A DNA stretch of 64,000 nt from the human T2T-CHM13v2.0 reference genome, Homo sapiens. Location: the NCBI RefSeq assembly GCF_009914755.1, contig NC_060927.1; one strand, written 5' to 3'. Both the position numbers and the translations under genes were made by a program. This document shows positions 27,654 to 41,263 of the stretch, piece by piece. Within the stretch, counting starts at the first letter, position 1. Every line of letters starts with the position of its first letter. The notes below the pieces were generated by a model. The model was not told the DNA's origin and searched no databases. It saw only the letters and a program-made list of their open reading frames with translations.

Positions 27654-27777
27654 GGCTGGGTGCATTGGCTCATGCTTGTAACCCCAACACTTTGGGAGAC
27701 TGAAGCGGGAAGATCACTTGAGCCCAGGAGTTCAAGACCAGCCTGGGCAACATAGTGAGACCCTGTCTCTAAAATAA

Positions 27778-27819
<42 letters not shown>
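27654..27819 (+). mobile_element. Alu monomer with an (AAT)n tail
   Basis: Left arm followed by about 13 AAT units. Confidence 0.9.
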
Positions 27820-28619
27820 GAATAGCCTTAGATTAGTCTCTCATTATTTGTTTTACAGTTGCCCAACTTGACCTTACTCTCCAGCCTCACTGTGTATCCA
27901 CACTACTTCTGCCAATTTGCATAATGAAATGCTAAATGTCACTGTGTAATCCTTCTTCCAGGACACTTGTAAAAGTGTTAAGATTGACTCCATTTTGAAT
28001 ATTTTTATCGTTAACAGTTCCATCCATGGGGACAGGGGAAAACCCCATCATCATAGGACATTTTTAACTTTTCAAAGGGGTTGTACAGCTATTATCTCGG
28101 CCTATTCCTTAGAAATCTGTAGAGAGGGAAGATTTAATTTGAAAACTGAGAAAAACTGAAGCATGGAACAATTTTAGCTATCTCACATAAATCATTCAGT
28201 GACTAGCAGGTCTGGGATTCAAATTTAGGTTCTTTTACCCTTAGTTCCCTCTGGAGTACCATATTCACCCTTTTCACTTGTTTTCTTTTGTAACTGCATA
28301 TTTGGTATAGAATTGCGATCGTTAGCATTACCTCTGGAGCTCTTAACTAGAGATAGTCACTTTGACAATTTCATTATGTCTGGGAAATTGGCAGCACATA
28401 GATGCCAAGTACATCCTGGTTGCCTGAGAAGGTGGCAGCTCTGGGCTCCCTGCTGCAGGAGGATAAAGTCTCTGGTCTGCTAGTGCTTCACTGTGGTTTG
28501 GTGAGAACAGCCTTGGCTACTGATTTTCCATGTTGTCTGTGGCTAGGCTGGGAGGACACAGGGATTCCAAATGACTTTTCAAAGTACACTTCTCTAAGCC
28601 TGTTTTTCTCTCTTTTCAG

Positions 28620-28750
28620 AGTCTAGAAGGAAGCTCATACCGGGGGAGCTTGAAAGACCCTGCAGGCTGCCTGAATGAGGGGATGGCCCCACCCACACCT
28701 CCTAAAAACCCAGAAGAAGAACAGAAAGCCAAGGCCCTGAGAGGCAGGAT
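28620..28750 (+). CDS. KALRN: KALRN coding exon D: SLEGSSYRGSLKDPAGCLNEGMAPPTPPKNPEEEQKAKALRGR(M)
   Basis: Acceptor ctctcttttcag, donor AT|gtaagt; 131 nt, phase 0 to 2. Confidence 0.95.
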
Positions 28751-29429
28751 GTAAGTGGCTTCCCCAGTTCCTCCCTGTGGTGCACATGTGAGTGCGGTGG
28801 ACAATGGACAAAGGTTGGGGAAAATTCGAGAGGGGTTCCCCACGCTGTTTCCACTGACATCTTTCATTCTAAGACTCAGATCTGTACAGCATAGCACTGA
28901 TAAACATTGAGCCACTTTGGCACTGACTTGATTGAAGTTTAGGCTAAAGTATATTCTGTGAGATAGCAGCTATTACTGACAAAGTGTGGTTGTAGGTCTG
29001 TTAGAAATTTAAAACATAGTGATAAAAGGAAAATGGCAAAGTTGAGGAAACTATGAGACTGTTACTGAGGGCCTATAGAATCAGAGAGTCTCTGACCGTG
29101 GCAGATAGTCTGATAGAGATCACCTAAGAAAACATTTCCCCAAATGTAGGAAAGTTATATATAGAGGAAGGAGCTGTTGTACCACCAAGCAGGTCCTGTC
29201 TCTACTCCTTCTCCAAAGGTTTTAATTTTGCATCTGTTTCTGGGATTAGTTCCAAGAGAACTTCTTCTCCACTTTGAATAGTTAGTGGTAAAATAAAATT
29301 CATAATGCAGAACAATCCCATGTTATGCAAGAGTTACCTATGTTGATATGAAGTCAATCTGTTATTTGAGTTGATCAAGAATATACCACATACCACTAGT
29401 GCAAAAGCAGAACTCCTCCAAAACTTTCA

Positions 29430-29749
29430 TTTTCTTTTTCTTTTCTATCTTTTTTTTTTTTTTTTTTGAGACAGGGTCTTGCTTGGTCACCCAGACTAAA
29501 GTACAGTGGTATGATCATAGCTCACTGCAGCTTTGACCTCCTGGGCTCAAGGGATCCTCTCACCTCAGCCTCCCAAGTAGCTGGGACTACAGGTGTGCGC
29601 CACCATGCCTGGCTAATTATTTTATTTTTTGTAGAGATGGAGTCTTGCTTGGTTGCCCTGGCTGGTCTGGGACTCCTAGGCTCAAGTAATCCTCCTGTCT
29701 CAGCCTCCCAAAGTGTTGGGATTACAGGCAGGATCCACTGCACTTGGCC
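29430..29749 (-). mobile_element. AluJ
   Basis: Antisense dimer. Confidence 0.92.
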
Positions 29750-30396
29750 AACTTTTGTTTTCTTGTTTAGGGTTGTACTCTGTGTTGGAAGCAGAGCTAC
29801 TGATGAGTCTTAGACATAGCTCAGCATGTGAGAGATTATAAGCAGTAGTGAGAATTGGGAAGGCAGGTGTGAAGGGTCCCTCCCTGTTGTTAATTAGCCT
29901 GCCTTTCTCTCTCAAATTCATCACTCCTTTAGCCTAGCCACAGACATGAAAACTAGCAAAAATAAGTGAGGCCAGGTCCTTCTGTTACCTAGAAATGTAC
30001 AAAGTGTCTATTTATGAGTTTCTGTTTCCTAGGAAACAAAAGTGAGAACATCACAGTGAAGGCCTGGTTTGAAAGCAGGGCTATCACTTCATAGTGGAGA
30101 TGAACAAGTAGCATGTAAATCTTGAAATTCTGTATTTACCCCCTCAGCTTTGTGAGTACTCAGGGGGAACCCCAAGAAGTTGGTAAATGGAATAGAGGTT
30201 GATAAATGCCATACCCAAAGGGAAATTTCCTAGCACTTGCACAAAGCTGAGTCTCCTTAGCTTCTCAGGTTGTTGTTACACAGGTGAGGCCAAGTTGGAG
30301 CTGATGTCTTAGTCCTTTGTCAAGTCAAAGCAAAGCTTAAGTCAGAAAGGTGACCTCTGAGGTGGCAGGTGACCCTGGGAAAAGCCAGTCACTACT

Positions 30397-30688
30397 CTTT
30401 TTTTTTGAGATGGAGTCTCTCTCTTTTGCCCAGGCCAGAGTGCAGTGGCACTATCTCGGCTCACTGCAAGCTCCGCCTCCCGGGTTCACACCATTCTTCT
30501 GCCTCAGCCTCCCAAAGTAGCTGGGACTACAGGCACCCGCCACCGCATCTGGCTAATTTTTTGTATTTTTAGTAGAGACGGGGTTTCACCGTGTTAGCCA
30601 GGATGGTCTCGATCTCCTGACCTCGTGATCCGCCAGCCTCAGCCTCCCAAAGTGCTGGGATTACAGGCGTGAGCCACCGCACCCAGCC
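30397..30688 (-). mobile_element. AluY
   Basis: Y-diagnostic gcaagctccgcc and ccgtgttagccaggatgg; 16-bp TSD gccagtcactactctt. Confidence 0.95.
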
Positions 30689-31149
30689 GCCAGTCACTAC
30701 TCTTAGCATGTAGCTTGAACCGGCCTTTGAGCAGTCATTTAAGCCATTGTCCAGATTCAACAGGCCACAAAAGTTTGCTGTCTCTTTTGCCCACTTTACG
30801 CATCTCTTCTCCCTCTTCTCATTCTTGCCAAAATCCACACCTCTTCACATCCTGAGCTATCTTGAAAATGCAGCTGTTAGAGTATCTCATACCTCTTACT
30901 ATATCTCATCCTTATTCTCTCCTGCTGTACTTTATGGTCTTGATGAAAGGGTGTTGTATAGGTGTTTCACTGTAAACCATATGTGAGGCCAGAGGCTGAG
31001 GGGTGTAGCGAACCAAGACTCAATCCAGAAGATGGCAGTGGGGCGTCAAAGGGTTAAATGAGAGCTCTGTGGAGAAAAGATGAACACAAATAGTCATTTG
31101 TCCAGGAGAAGAAAAAAGTTGAGAATGGAGTTACTTGTCTTCAAGTTTT

Positions 31150-31480
31150 AGTCATTCAACAAATACTGGTCTAACACCAGTATGTACCATCAGTGGGATA
31201 CATCAGTGAATAAGACAAATAATAACAACATAAGTCTTTGCTCTCATGGCAAGTTTAAATTCTAGTGGGAGAAATCAGACAATAAACAAAATAAATTATG
31301 TATTATGTTGGAAACAAGAAAAAGAAAAAAAAATAGAGCAGTGTAAGGGAGATCCAGAGAATAAATGAGGCCATGCTGCAATTTTAAATGGCCCTGGCAT
31401 TTGCACAAAGACCGGGGGAGGTAAATTAGCCATGGAGAAAAAGTGTTCTCAAGAGAGAGAACAGCCAGTGCAATGAATCT
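31150..31480 (-). mobile_element. L2 3' end
   Basis: cattcaacaaatact...gtgaataagaca...ctctcatgg pattern; boundaries approximate. Confidence 0.6.
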
Positions 31481-32519
31481 AAGAGATTTTCTGTGGAAGA
31501 CCAGCCATTCCCTATCCCTGTGAAAGGAGGTTAGAAGTGGTTCTAACCAGTAGCTGAAATAATTTTAGTTGGACCAAAGAATAACATTTGTTTGTAAATA
31601 ACTTCTACTAATAAGAACTTATCATGAAAAACATGCCTTGTTGTCAGTTCATTTGGCAATTAATTGTGCACTGCCTTGCAATGCCTGCAATTTAAATCCT
31701 TGATGTCACTTTTCAGAATGTCTTTTAATACGTCATGGTCTCCTTCATTAACCCTTCAAGGGAAGAGATGACAGGTCCACTAGCAGCACCTAATACAGTT
31801 CCCTTCTCTAAAGGCTGAGAAGCCAAAGATAGCCCTCATCTGTCAGCAAATAGCTTAGGATAAAAATATCGCCTGGAGACAGAGAGCTGGACTTCATCTC
31901 CAGAGGGCCCTCCCAGCCCCATATTCCCACTCTAACTTTCCTGTGGGTTTTCTTTTGCCACTTTCTACCAGGCGGTAACTTGGGCCATGGTAAAGATATA
32001 TTTAAATGCTTTCATTTGGCCTTGCCAGTTCCTTCCTGTGGCCTAAAACACATGATTGTCTGTGCTGGAGAGGGAGCTGTTGGAAGTGCTGGGTGCACTG
32101 ATAAAGAAGCATGTGTTCCTCTGCTTCCTCCCCATTGCCCAGAGGCCCCAGGCTCCAGGAATGTGGTGGCTTCTGGGGCTATACGGAGCAAGAGTTTCAG
32201 ATGAATTGCTTCCTGGGTTAAAAATGGTTACCACCCTTGTGCTGGGGTCCCACTTTGACATCTCAGAACTTTATCATTTCTGCTACTTGTGCCCAAAATG
32301 CAATTGTGTGGTCCCAGGCAAAACTCATTCCAATCAGATTGGAAGAGTTTGACTCCAGTAGGTTGCACAGCACCACCCTGCCCCTGTGCACAACTTTAGC
32401 ATTTTATGTAAAGCTCTTTAGTGTCTGGACAAAAGACAGAAAGAGTGTTTGGGTTTGAGGCTTCAAGGACTCCCAAGAGCCAGTCAGAGTAGTTTACCAA
32501 GCAGTGGGCTGCTGGGAAA

Positions 32520-32720
32520 GAGCATGGTCTTTGGACTCTTGCACAACTGGGTTCAAATCCTGGCTCTGCTACTCACTTTGCAATCATGGTCAGGTTACCT
32601 AATCTTTCTGTCTCTGCATTTTCATTTATATAAAATAGGTTTTACAATACCTACCTTATTATAAGCATGGGAAAACCCAGATGAAGGGAGTGGCACATAG
32701 TAAATGGTAGAAAGAATTAA
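32520..32720 (+). mobile_element. MIR SINE
   Basis: ctgggttcaaatcctggctctgctactcac...tggcacatagtaa. Confidence 0.75.
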
Positions 32721-33412
32721 CAAGAAAGAAACCAAGAGAGCAAATGTCCTTGTAATTGTTAAATCCTGCATCCTGGAGAAGGTAGTGCTGCATTAAATGT
32801 GTGATTTTGGAATGTCTGCAGTCCATCTTTCTGGCCTTGACTGGGGGTTTTCCAGGCCAGTTACCATGATACCTATCTGAATAATTGCAGCTTCCATATC
32901 TTAAAAACTTCACTTGATATCTATCCTTGTCTTGGAGGACTTACAGGTTGGTAATCAAATAAATGTCTTTCTCTTCTTGTTAAGTGAAGAATGGAGCTGA
33001 AATGAAGGAAGAAAAGTCTCATCTTAACCCCTGCCCAGCCTCAAAGCTTTCAGAACGCAGTTTTGCCAAAATGGTTGTCAATCTTTCTGCCCTCTGTCTA
33101 TACAATCGTTCAGTTGTAGGTGAGGGAGAAACACATGAAGAATAGAAAGAAGAATGCTAGGTACTGAGCGTCATTTTTCGTGTGACTATTGTATGTCACC
33201 TGGGGAAGTCCTTTCTGGCCTTGGTGTCCTCAGCCCTTCAGTAGGGCCTCCTCTAGGGAAAGCATCCGTAAGCATCTTTCCCAGGAGATAAGTGTGGGTG
33301 TTTTAAGGGGTCTTGTTATAAAGGTGCCAAAGTAACTTTTCTGTGAACTTAAGTGAAGATTTTTGGCTTAACAATGAAGAGGAACACTCACTGTTCTTAA
33401 TCTCCTGCTCAG

Positions 33413-33479
33413 GTTTGTCCTGAATGAGCTGGTACAGACAGAGAAAGACTATGTCAAGGATCTGGGCATTGTGGTGGAG
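33413..33479 (+). CDS. KALRN: KALRN coding exon E, start of DH2: FVLNELVQTEKDYVKDLGIVVE
   Basis: Acceptor cctgctcag, donor GAG|gtaagt; 67 nt, phase 2 to 0. Carries the DH CR1 motif ELxxTExxYVxDL. Confidence 0.97.
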
Positions 33480-34140
33480 GTAAGTAGAGGGTTCCAGGTG
33501 GGTCTGTGGTCACCCAACCAGGAGCACGTTGGACCCTACCTAGGCCAAGGTGTTTTAATCTGATGGTTACATGTACTTTACTGTCTGAGCACTTGCAGAA
33601 ATGAAAATAAAAATGGTAATAAGTAGAATATGTAGGCAATATTTTTCTTTTCCCCTTGAAATAAGATATTTAGAGGGAAGTAGTGGCCTGAATGTTATAG
33701 CATTTGGGGGAGCCTCTTGGTTAGAGTGGAACTCATTCCACTTTGTTTTAGGTGACCAAGCTATTGTCTTAAGAGCTTTTCTTTGATGTTTAACTATGTG
33801 GACATATATTCTTCAGAGCTATGAGCCACATAGGCATAAAACAGTTCATTCTTAGTGGGATCTTAGGGCTTATACATTTCCATAGATTTCAAGGGTAAGT
33901 GTTACAGCTAGCAAAAAGACAGATAAAAGAAAAACCCACCAATGAGCAAGGTTGACAGGTCCACAGTTAAGAGTCGACTTGGTAGTAAATTAAACAAATC
34001 TAGCTCTGTAGGGATTCACTTAAGAGGGACTTAGACACTTGGATGAAAAAAAAAAAGCCTGAGAAAGTAAATGGGTAACTTGAATGGCTTAGAGCCCTAT
34101 TGTTAATCATCTTGAAAGAACATGAAGTCTAAAAGTTCTC

Positions 34141-34541
<401 letters not shown>

Positions 34542-35259
34542 TTAGGGTTTTGTATTTGCTTATTCTGAATCTTGGATAAACAGATTAACCAGCCATATAG
34601 AAAACCTGAATTTTAACTTACGGAAAGTTATTCTTGTCTTTTTGTGGGGCTGGGGGGTGGAAGAGGTACAATAGCTTCCATATGCAGTCCAGCCCAGGAG
34701 TAGAGGACGAGGGAATCTGAAGACTGGGAGGCTGAAATGCAGGGAACTCAGACATCAGTGGTGCGATTATGGACAAGTCATCATCCAACACCCAGGTGCC
34801 TGGGTTTTCTTGTCCGTCAGATGGGGATAATGCTACCTGTCCAACCTCAAAACCTGATTTTAAAACAGAAATGAAATTCTCTATGATCACATTTTATAGA
34901 CTATAAAGTATTAACATATTAAGACTTATTTCTAGGCCAGATGTATCTAGTTCTGAGCCTTTATAGACCTGATTAATTTGGATTGGGAGAAGGAAGAGGG
35001 ACAGCTTATTGTTTTCTTCTGTGCTCTGCTTTCTTAAGGGGACTGGAGACAAAGAAGGGGATCCTGAAACTCATAAAAGTTTTCTCTATTGCTCTGCACC
35101 AGGGGTTAAAGACCTGGTTGAATAGTGAGAAACCACAGAAGCATTTGTCCGCAAACTCACGCAGAGAGTGTGGGCTTGCAGGGGTGCTGTGGTGTGTGGC
35201 ATGGCCCAGAAAGCTTTCCTGTGAAAATATGCTACTAACCATTGCCTTTGCTGCTGCAG

Positions 35260-35363
35260 GGCTTCATGAAGAGAATAGAAGAAAAGGGTGTCCCTGAGGA
35301 TATGCGAGGAAAGGACAAAATCGTGTTTGGAAATATTCATCAGATTTATGACTGGCATAAGGA
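35260..35363 (+). CDS. KALRN: KALRN coding exon F (DH2): [34 protein letters not shown](D)
   Basis: Acceptor ctgctgcag, donor GA|gtaagt; 104 nt, phase 0 to 2. DH motif IVFGNIxxIYxxH. Confidence 0.97.
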
Positions 35364-35545
35364 GTAAGTGTTAATGCTGCCCCGAGGATCCAGTGTCCTG
35401 GGAATCCAGGACTTGAGTCCTCTTCCTGCATCTGACTCAAGGAGTAGGGCTTAGGGGAGAGTCTTCTGTAATTCATCTTATTATTGAGAAATAATACAGT
35501 TCTGAATAATGTGGCTTCCTTCTCTTATCCCCTTTCTCCTTTTAG

Positions 35546-35615
35546 TTTTTTCCTGGCGGAACTGGAAAAGTGTATCCAGGAGCAAGACAGATTGGCACAG
35601 CTCTTTATTAAGCAC
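35546..35615 (+). CDS. KALRN: KALRN coding exon G (DH2): FFLAELEKCIQEQDRLAQLFIKH
   Basis: Acceptor ctccttttag, donor CAC|gtgagt; 70 nt, phase 2 to 0. Confidence 0.96.
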
Positions 35616-35683
35616 GTGAGTGTCTCCCATCACCTCCTCCCCAACTCCTTCACTAGGCTCATTTATATTCATTTTAAAATCCT

Positions 35684-35988
35684 GGCCAGGCACAGTGGCT
35701 CACACCTGTAATTCCAACACTTTAGGAGGCCAAGGTGGGAGGGTGGCTTGACCCCAGGAATTGAGACCAGCCTGGGCAACATAGTGAGGCCCCCATCTCT
35801 ACGAAGAATTTAAAAATTAACCAAGGCTGGTGGCACATGCCTATAGTCCTAGCCACTTGGGGGGGCGGAGGCAGGAGGATCGCTTGAGCCTGGGAGGTCA
35901 AGACTGCAGTGAGCCATGATGGCCCCACCCTGCACTCCAGCCTGGGTGACAGAGCAAGACCCTGTCTCAGAAAAAAAAGTAAATAAAA
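35684..35988 (+). mobile_element. AluJ
   Basis: Dimer occupying about half of the 627-nt G-H intron. Confidence 0.92.
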
Positions 35989-36242
35989 TTTCTTCTCTTC
36001 TGCTCTTCCTTGAGTGACCTTCTTTCTCAGCCCTCTCTAAGTTTTTTTGTTTTTTTGACCACCTTGGCGATTTGGAAAGTGGCTCTTGCCCACCACATTT
36101 ATATCCTTGATATTCAGCTGCCTTGGTGCGTCCCCAAGTGCGCCTTTGTCCTTTGTCCACGTGGAGGCCAGCACGGCACTCTGAGATTGAACAAAAGACA
36201 CAAGATGCCTGACTGTCCACATGTCTCTCTCTGCTCTTTCAG

Positions 36243-36329
36243 GAGCGGAAGCTGCACATCTACGTGTGGTATTGTCAGAATAAGCCGCGCTCAGAGTACA
36301 TCGTTGCTGAGTATGACGCCTACTTTGAG
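36243..36329 (+). CDS. KALRN: KALRN coding exon H (DH2): [29 protein letters not shown]
   Basis: Acceptor ctctttcag, donor GAG|gtaagc; 87 nt, phase 0-0. YxxYCxNKP motif. Confidence 0.97.
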
Positions 36330-37176
36330 GTAAGCTGTGCAGGCTTTGCTGAACTGGGGTGGGAGGAAAACTCAGGCCAAAACAGCCACTTTCAGAAATA
36401 CCAGACGTCATCCATCCATATGTGACCCCCACACAGCACCGTTGACCCATTCATGGCAGGAATAGCTGCCTCAACAGAGAAAGCAGCTTCTTAGCTAAAT
36501 TCTCATGAGCACCTTCACTTGAGAGGAGCTGAGGTGGCCCAGTCTGGGTTCTGATTTGAGAATCCCCCATTTGCAGAATAAGCCTGAACACAGAGATGGT
36601 TTGAGAAGCTCCAGTTCTTCTTAAGTGACCCTGGAGCAGACTGTACCCACCAGTCCCCCAGGGACCACTTACTAAGGAGTCTTCTGTTGGTTGAAGGGTT
36701 TGCAGCCACTTCCTAGTCTGCTTGGTCTAGCCCAGAAGGATTTATTTTGCTGGGAGAAAGGCAGCATCATCACTTAGAAAAAGCACTCAGCTGAGTGTTT
36801 GGAGATCTAAGTTTAGGGCCTGGCTCCATAGGCTTGTGTGTCCTAGAAGAAGCCCCTTTTCCCTGCCTTTGCCCTGAAGTGGTGGAGAGAATAAGGCCCC
36901 TCCAGCTTTTCTCCCAGGACTGGGATGAAGACCAAGGTGTGGAAGTACTCACTGTAAAAGCATGGGAGGAAGGCAGGAAGCCAGTGGTGATGTGTGTTAT
37001 GTGTTGTTCATAACAAGTGAACAGTCCTCTAGGCAATTTTACCTCTCACATTACTTAAAGATTCTTCAACTTCATTGGAAAACATGCAGACCTGTCTTCC
37101 ATGCCTTTGAACCCTTATTCAAAGCACCCCAGTTCTTCAGTTCCTTTTTCTTCTAATATTGCTGCCTGTGTTTCAG

Positions 37177-37269
37177 GAGGTAAAACAGGAGATAAATCAG
37201 AGGCTGACACTGAGTGACTTCCTCATCAAGCCCATTCAGAGAATAACAAAATACCAGTTGCTCCTCAAG
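37177..37269 (+). CDS. KALRN: KALRN coding exon I (DH2): [31 protein letters not shown]
   Basis: Acceptor tgtttcag, donor AAG|gtaaga; 93 nt. DH CR3 motif [15 protein letters not shown]. Confidence 0.98.
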
Positions 37270-37758
37270 GTAAGAAGCTGGGAGCCTGGGTGAGGGCTGG
37301 AGAAGGATCCATCAGGCTCAGAGCAGGTTCTGAGCTAGGGGTAGAGCTAGCGGTTCTGTCTCCACCACACTGTCCCAAAGGACTGTGAACTGTGGGAGGG
37401 GTGGTAGGGACGTGGGAACTTTTATCTGACTGCTGGTTACTCTGTCAGCTTTGCTCCCAAATAAACTGCATGGCTGTTCTTCCTACCCTTAAGGTGGGTT
37501 GTTACTTGATTTTATTTTTTCAATTCACATTCTTACTTTGTCTCAATCATTGACTTGATACCTTTAAAAAATAAGAAGAATATGATATCAGAGTGAACTA
37601 CAAGGGAGAAAGAAAGGGAAAGGCAAGGCTTTAGAAATATTAGATTAGTAATACCTAAAATTTGATTTTATATATATATAAAATCAATATATTATATAAA
37701 ATCAATATATTTTATATATAATCAATATATATTATAAAGTATAATATGTATGTATATA

Positions 37759-38072
<314 letters not shown>

Positions 38073-38211
38073 TGATTCATCTTATGGAACTAGGAGGCTA
38101 AATAGAAAAGAGAGACTTAACTTTCCTTTCTCTCCTTTCTTGTCATAATCCCCCTTTCCTTTGTCTTCCCTCCCTCTCACTCTTCCTTCTCCCATAGCTT
38201 TGAAATTTTGA

Positions 38212-38529
38212 GGCTGGGTGCAGTCACTCACGCCTGTAATCCCAGAACTTTGGGAGACTGAGGCAGGTGGATCACCTGAGGTCAGGAGTTTGAGACCAAC
38301 CTGGCCAACATGGTGAAACACATCTCTACCGAAAATACAAAAATTAGCTGAGTGTGGTGGCACTTGCCTGTAATCCCAACTACTCAGGAGGCTGAGGCAG
38401 GAGAATCGCTTGAACCTAGGAGGCACAGGTTACGGTGAGCCAAAATTGCACCACTGCACTCCAGCCTGGGCAACAGAGTGAGACTATGTCTCAAAAAAAA
38501 AAAAAAAAAGGAAAGAAAGAAAGAAAAGA
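38212..38529 (+). mobile_element. AluS
   Basis: Sense dimer with a poly(A)/(GAAA) tail. Confidence 0.94.
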
Positions 38530-38734
38530 AATTTGAATATTCTGGGAGTTCTCTCTATGTTATTACATCTTACATGACTCATAATTTCATTTCTCAGCTA
38601 CTCTACACCATTGCCACTTCTGCTGGGAAGGAAAGTCTCCAGGGTGTTATTGTATTTTTATGATAAGTTTTTTCCCAGCTATTTTACTAATTTTACCCCT
38701 TCCCACACTCTTGCCTGCTTCCCCTACTTGTTAG

Positions 38735-38785
38735 GACTTCCTGAGATACAGTGAGAAGGCTGGTTTGGAGTGTTCAGATATTGAG
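38735..38785 (+). CDS. KALRN: KALRN coding exon J (DH2): DFLRYSEKAGLECSDIE
   Basis: Acceptor cttgttag, donor GAG|gtgagt; 51 nt, phase 0-0. Confidence 0.94.
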
Positions 38786-39662
38786 GTGAGTTTTCTGCTT
38801 GTAATGCTTGCTGTTCTTAGGGACCATATTGGATATCTTTCTCTAGAGGGGAAAAGATTGTCTCAGGAGGACCGTGGATCCAGGTGGACCCCTCTCAGAC
38901 AGTAAGAGGCTCTTGTAAACAGCTTTGTACCTGCTTGAGGAATGGCAAGTGTTAACACAGTGTTTCCTAGAACTAAAGAAATCTGTCCTGGGGTGCACTA
39001 GAGCTTAGCCCCACTGGTGTTCTTTTGGCTCCTGGTGACACATAGTGGGAAAGGGTAACCCCTTAATATCCTTCAGAGATTAGATGTAAGTTGCACAAAA
39101 GCCTCAGTATGCAATTTTATTCGTGAAGGCAAGTATTATTTGAGTCAAACATATAAAGTATTCCATTTTCACCTCCCTGTCCAAACCCTGCAGACTACTT
39201 CCAAGTGAAGTCCTTTGAGACAATGTCACTATGGGATTATTTTAAGCCAGGGAGGTTACAGACCATTCTGACAGATTATTTTAGTTGAAAACCTCTAGTG
39301 TTTCACAAGCCAGGCTAAGCTGTTGCCTGGGCAGCCAGGAAGCAACAGAGAGAAGAAAGAAAATCTGAGAAGGCAAGGGAATTGATGAACAAAAACAGGA
39401 AGGTAGGGAAAGGAGGGGCTGAGTAATATTCCCCCAACATATGCTCAGTGACTGACATGGAGCCCCTGTGCTGAGGACCAACACCCTCCCTCTAGAACAG
39501 AAAGCCCCACACTCTCTGAGAGTGGACAGCCAGAACCAGCATCCCTTCCTAGAATAAAGGAGCCACCAGAGATGAAGTCCCTGTTTTCCAGCACTGAATT
39601 ACCAAGAGCTTCCTGCCTGAGTGCTGTTCCCCCTCCTGAGTAACAGTTGTTCTTTCCCACAG

Positions 39663-39740
39663 AAAGCAGTGGAGTTAATGTGCCTTGTTCCCAAACGCTG
39701 CAATGACATGATGAATCTAGGACGTCTGCAGGGCTTTGAG
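39663..39740 (+). CDS. KALRN: KALRN coding exon K (DH2 end): KAVELMCLVPKRCNDMMNLGRLQGFE
   Basis: Acceptor tttcccacag, donor GAG|gtgagt; 78 nt. VPKRCND motif. Confidence 0.97.
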
Positions 39741-40005
39741 GTGAGTCTTTAAGAATGCGTCTAAGCCCACTCTCTCCAGGACAATAGGAGTCCAGACTGT
39801 TGCGGCTTCCTCCCCCTGAAGCCTTGTGTCCTGCCTGTGCCTCCTTCACTCACCACTATGCCTTCCTACCCGGGCCCCTCTGGTTCACAGTCCTGGAAGA
39901 TGCATCTCTTTAGGAAGTCCAGCAGTAGGGAGGTCATAAGAAGTTACAGAGCATTTAGCCAAACCAAAGTCAGAATTCCAAGGAGATTGGAAAGACCCAG
40001 AATTC

Positions 40006-40233
40006 TTTTTTTTTTTTTTTTTTTTTTTTTTGAGACAGGTTCTTGCCCTGTCACCCAGGCTGGAGTGCAGAGTGGTGCAATCCTGGCTTACTGCAGCCTC
40101 AGCCTCCTGGGCTCAAGCAGCCCTCCCACCTCAGCCTCCTGAGAAGCTGGACTCCAGTCACACACCACCATACCTGGCTTATTTTTAAATATTTTTTATA
40201 TTATAAAGATGGGGTTTTGCCATGTTGCCAGGC
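40006..40233 (-). mobile_element. AluJ, 5'-truncated
   Basis: Flanked by ggaaagacccagaRttcttt direct repeats. Confidence 0.88.
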
Positions 40234-40529
40234 TAGGAAAGACCCAGAGTTCTTTATGAGTGTTTAGACCTGATAGTGACCTCTTCCTTTCCCTTCTTGA
40301 TTGATAAAGCAGGGACTGTGAGTGACAGCAGGGCTATGTGATAGAAGTGGAATTAGGCAGGAGAATGGAACACCTGTTTTTTGAGAAGGTGGTTCTGGCT
40401 TTTCAGTTAAATGAATAGTTAAAACTCTAAAACATTACAGTACAAAGTTCTGTTATTTGAAGAGGGGAATCAAGTCTGCAGGGAAATGGCTGTGTCCCAA
40501 AGATTTTGGTTTAAGTGAACATACAAGTT

Positions 40530-41263
40530 TACTAGGGCTGCCAAAACAAAGTACCATAAATTGGGCAGCTTAAACAACAGAGATTTATTGTCTCACATTT
40601 CTAGAGGCTAGAGGTCTGAAATCAAGGTACTGTCAGGTACCTCCTGAGAGCTGTGAGGGAGGGGTCTGCCCCAGGCCTTTCTCTTTGGCTTGTAGATGGC
40701 TGTCTTTATGTTCACATGGCATTCTCCCTGTATCTTCACATTCCCTTCCCTCTGTGTTATCTCTGTGGCCAAGTTTCCTTTTTTTTTTAAACAGAGTTTT
40801 GCTCTTGTTGCCCAGGCTGGAGTGCAGTGGCAACAAAACCTCCTCCTCCTGGGTTCAAGCGATTCTCCTGCCTCAGTCTCCTGAGTAGCTGGGATTACAG
40901 GCATGTGCCACCACACCTGGCTAATTTTTTGTATTTTTAGTAGAGACGGGGTTTCTCCATGTTGGTCAGGCTAGTCTCGAACTCCCGACCTCAGGTGATC
41001 CGCCCGCCTCGGCCTCCCAAAGTGCTGGGATTATAGGCGTGAGCCACCACACTGGGCCGTTTCCTTTTTTTAAATAAGGACATCAGTCATATTCTATTAG
41101 GGCTTACTGGCATGACCACTTGACTTTAACTTGATTGCCTCTGTAAAGACCCCATTTCCCAATAAGGTCACATGCTGACATTCTGGGATTTTAGGGGCTA
41201 GGACTTCAACATAGGAATTGATGGGGGCATGGAAGGAGAGAAAACACAATTCAGCCCATAACA
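40530..41263 (-). mobile_element. MaLR LTR (MLT1-like) interrupted by an Alu
   Basis: agggctgccaaaacaaagtacca...gcttaaacaacagagatttatt through to acacaattcagcccataaca. Confidence 0.8.
40779..41058 (-). mobile_element. AluSp-like
   Basis: Antisense copy with a small internal deletion, nested in the LTR. Confidence 0.92.
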
